DNA of 64,000 nucleotides from an uncultured Gammaproteobacteria bacterium (GTDB lineage Bacteria; Pseudomonadota; Gammaproteobacteria; JABCZS01): NCBI GenBank assembly GCA_963798975.1, contig CAWCVU010000013.1, positions 232 to 64,231 of the forward strand, read 5' to 3'. Shown piece by piece: positions 63,480 to 64,000 of this stretch (position 1 is its first letter; each line of letters starts with the position of its first letter). The notes under the pieces were generated by a model. It saw only the letters and a program-made list of their open reading frames with translations, ran no database searches and was not told where the DNA came from. The position numbers and the translations under genes were made by a program.

Positions 63480-63792
63480 TTGAGATTGATGCGCTTAGAA
63501 TCATTCATAAAACAAAAAAAAGTTCATATGTTGTTAGCCGGTATAGTGCTGTTTATGCAGTGCTTTTTGCTGCAACATCAATTTGACCATCATGCCGGAC
63601 ATGATACCCATGAAACTGTACAAGAGTGTCAATTCTGTTTGGGTGCTCAGCAAATTAACTATGCGCTTAGCCCTATTGTTTTAAGTTTATTGTTAGGTTT
63701 AACCTGGGTAGTTGTATTATTCTTTATAGTTTTTCAACATTTATTTCCCCCTTATTTTCCTGCGACAAAGCCGTGCACCTCCCGTTTATTAA
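63480..63792 (+). CDS. DUF2946-like small membrane protein (probable frameshift at the C5 run 63747-63751)
   Basis: His-rich stretch plus CQFC before a TM segment, as in DUF2946 proteins. With one C fewer the frame ends ...LRQSRAPPVY-stop at 63790-63792. As I recall it, RAPP is the typical ending of this family. The annotated frame instead runs on to 63920, across the next gene start. Confidence 0.45.
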
Positions 63793-63840
63793 TATTAATT
63801 AAAAAAATTCTTTTTATTATTTATAATCTGGAGTTTGATT

Positions 63841-64000
63841 ATGAAATTGTTTGTTTATGTATTTGCCTTATGGGCAGCGTGTTTGCTATCACCTATGGTC
63901 ATGGCTCAAGAGGAAGATAACCATACTTTAACTTTAGAAGAGCGCATCACTGAATTGGAAAATCGTTTGGCAGAACAGGAAGTCGTTGATGATCCGTAAC
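63841..64000 (+). CDS. Secreted protein, N-terminal fragment (runs off the window); possibly an outer-membrane receptor or porin of a copper-uptake module
   Basis: RBS GGAG at 63829-63832. The ATG at 63841 encodes signal peptide MKLFVYVFALWAACLLSPMVMA-QEED. The function is inferred only from the DUF2946-like neighbour. Confidence 0.45.

Noticed and set aside
1-64000. Searched for tRNA, rRNA, tmRNA, transposases, integrases, phage genes, toxin-antitoxin pairs, CRISPR-cas and classical defence-system components.
   Set aside because: I found no T-loop or anticodon-arm-like sequences, no DDE or tyrosine recombinase motifs, and no cas-like genes. The only nuclease (S1/P1) and helicase (DEAD-box RhlE-like) are ordinary families and are not adjacent to each other.

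Overview
Visibly AT-rich gammaproteobacterial chromosome segment. The conserved neighbourhoods rne/rluC, ribF-ileS-lspA and accD-folC support this. The flavour is Legionellales-like, which is an inference: five large orphan ORFs with eukaryote-like or repeat features (a U-box, ankyrin-like repeats) sit among housekeeping genes. I found no tRNA, rRNA, CRISPR array, transposase, integrase or phage genes.

Core content, in order:
- rne (frame-broken), rluC, a HAD hydrolase, an S49 peptidase and brnQ.
- An accessory block at 6.4-15.4 kb: three orphan ORFs plus lpxO-like and S1/P1 nuclease genes.
- ribF-ileS-lspA, a DAACS symporter, accD-folC and an orphan PAS histidine kinase.
- TetR paralog 1, then lrp divergent from leuA-leuC-leuD-leuB, then an ankyrin-like orphan ORF.
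- trpBA, followed by a 12-gene tightly packed (overlaps or gaps of 12 nt or less) trpR-trpEGDCF-DAHP synthase-pheA-aroA-aroK-aroC-aroB operon.
- A DEAD-box helicase with a tandem-repeat tail.
- A 1467-aa biotin carboxylase with permuted domain order, a LuxR regulator and an M50 protease.
- A DUF3011 protein with a Gly/His/Tyr tail, TetR paralog 2 with an enolase-superfamily gene and an orphan ABC binding protein.
- A further orphan ORF, a secreted-protein trio and the start of a copper-uptake-like module.

Most interesting observations:
1. The CT-BCCP-BC permuted pyruvate-carboxylase-like fusion at 49745-54148.
2. A U-box motif inside an otherwise unrecognisable 1193-aa ORF, within a cluster of effector-like orphans.
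3. A duplicated promoter/operator containing a 20-bp palindrome in front of both trpBA and trpR. This places the shikimate and Phe genes behind a TrpR-controlled promoter.
4. A GC-rich structured 100-nt island at 24262-24362 in the largest intergenic region. It coincides with a 40-codon Cys/His-rich mini-ORF.
5. A striking excess of single-base frame breaks: at least 10 in rne alone, plus leuA, leuC, an ABC binding protein and probably three small genes at the 3' end. This means either sequence error or ongoing gene decay. Raw sequence alone cannot separate the two.
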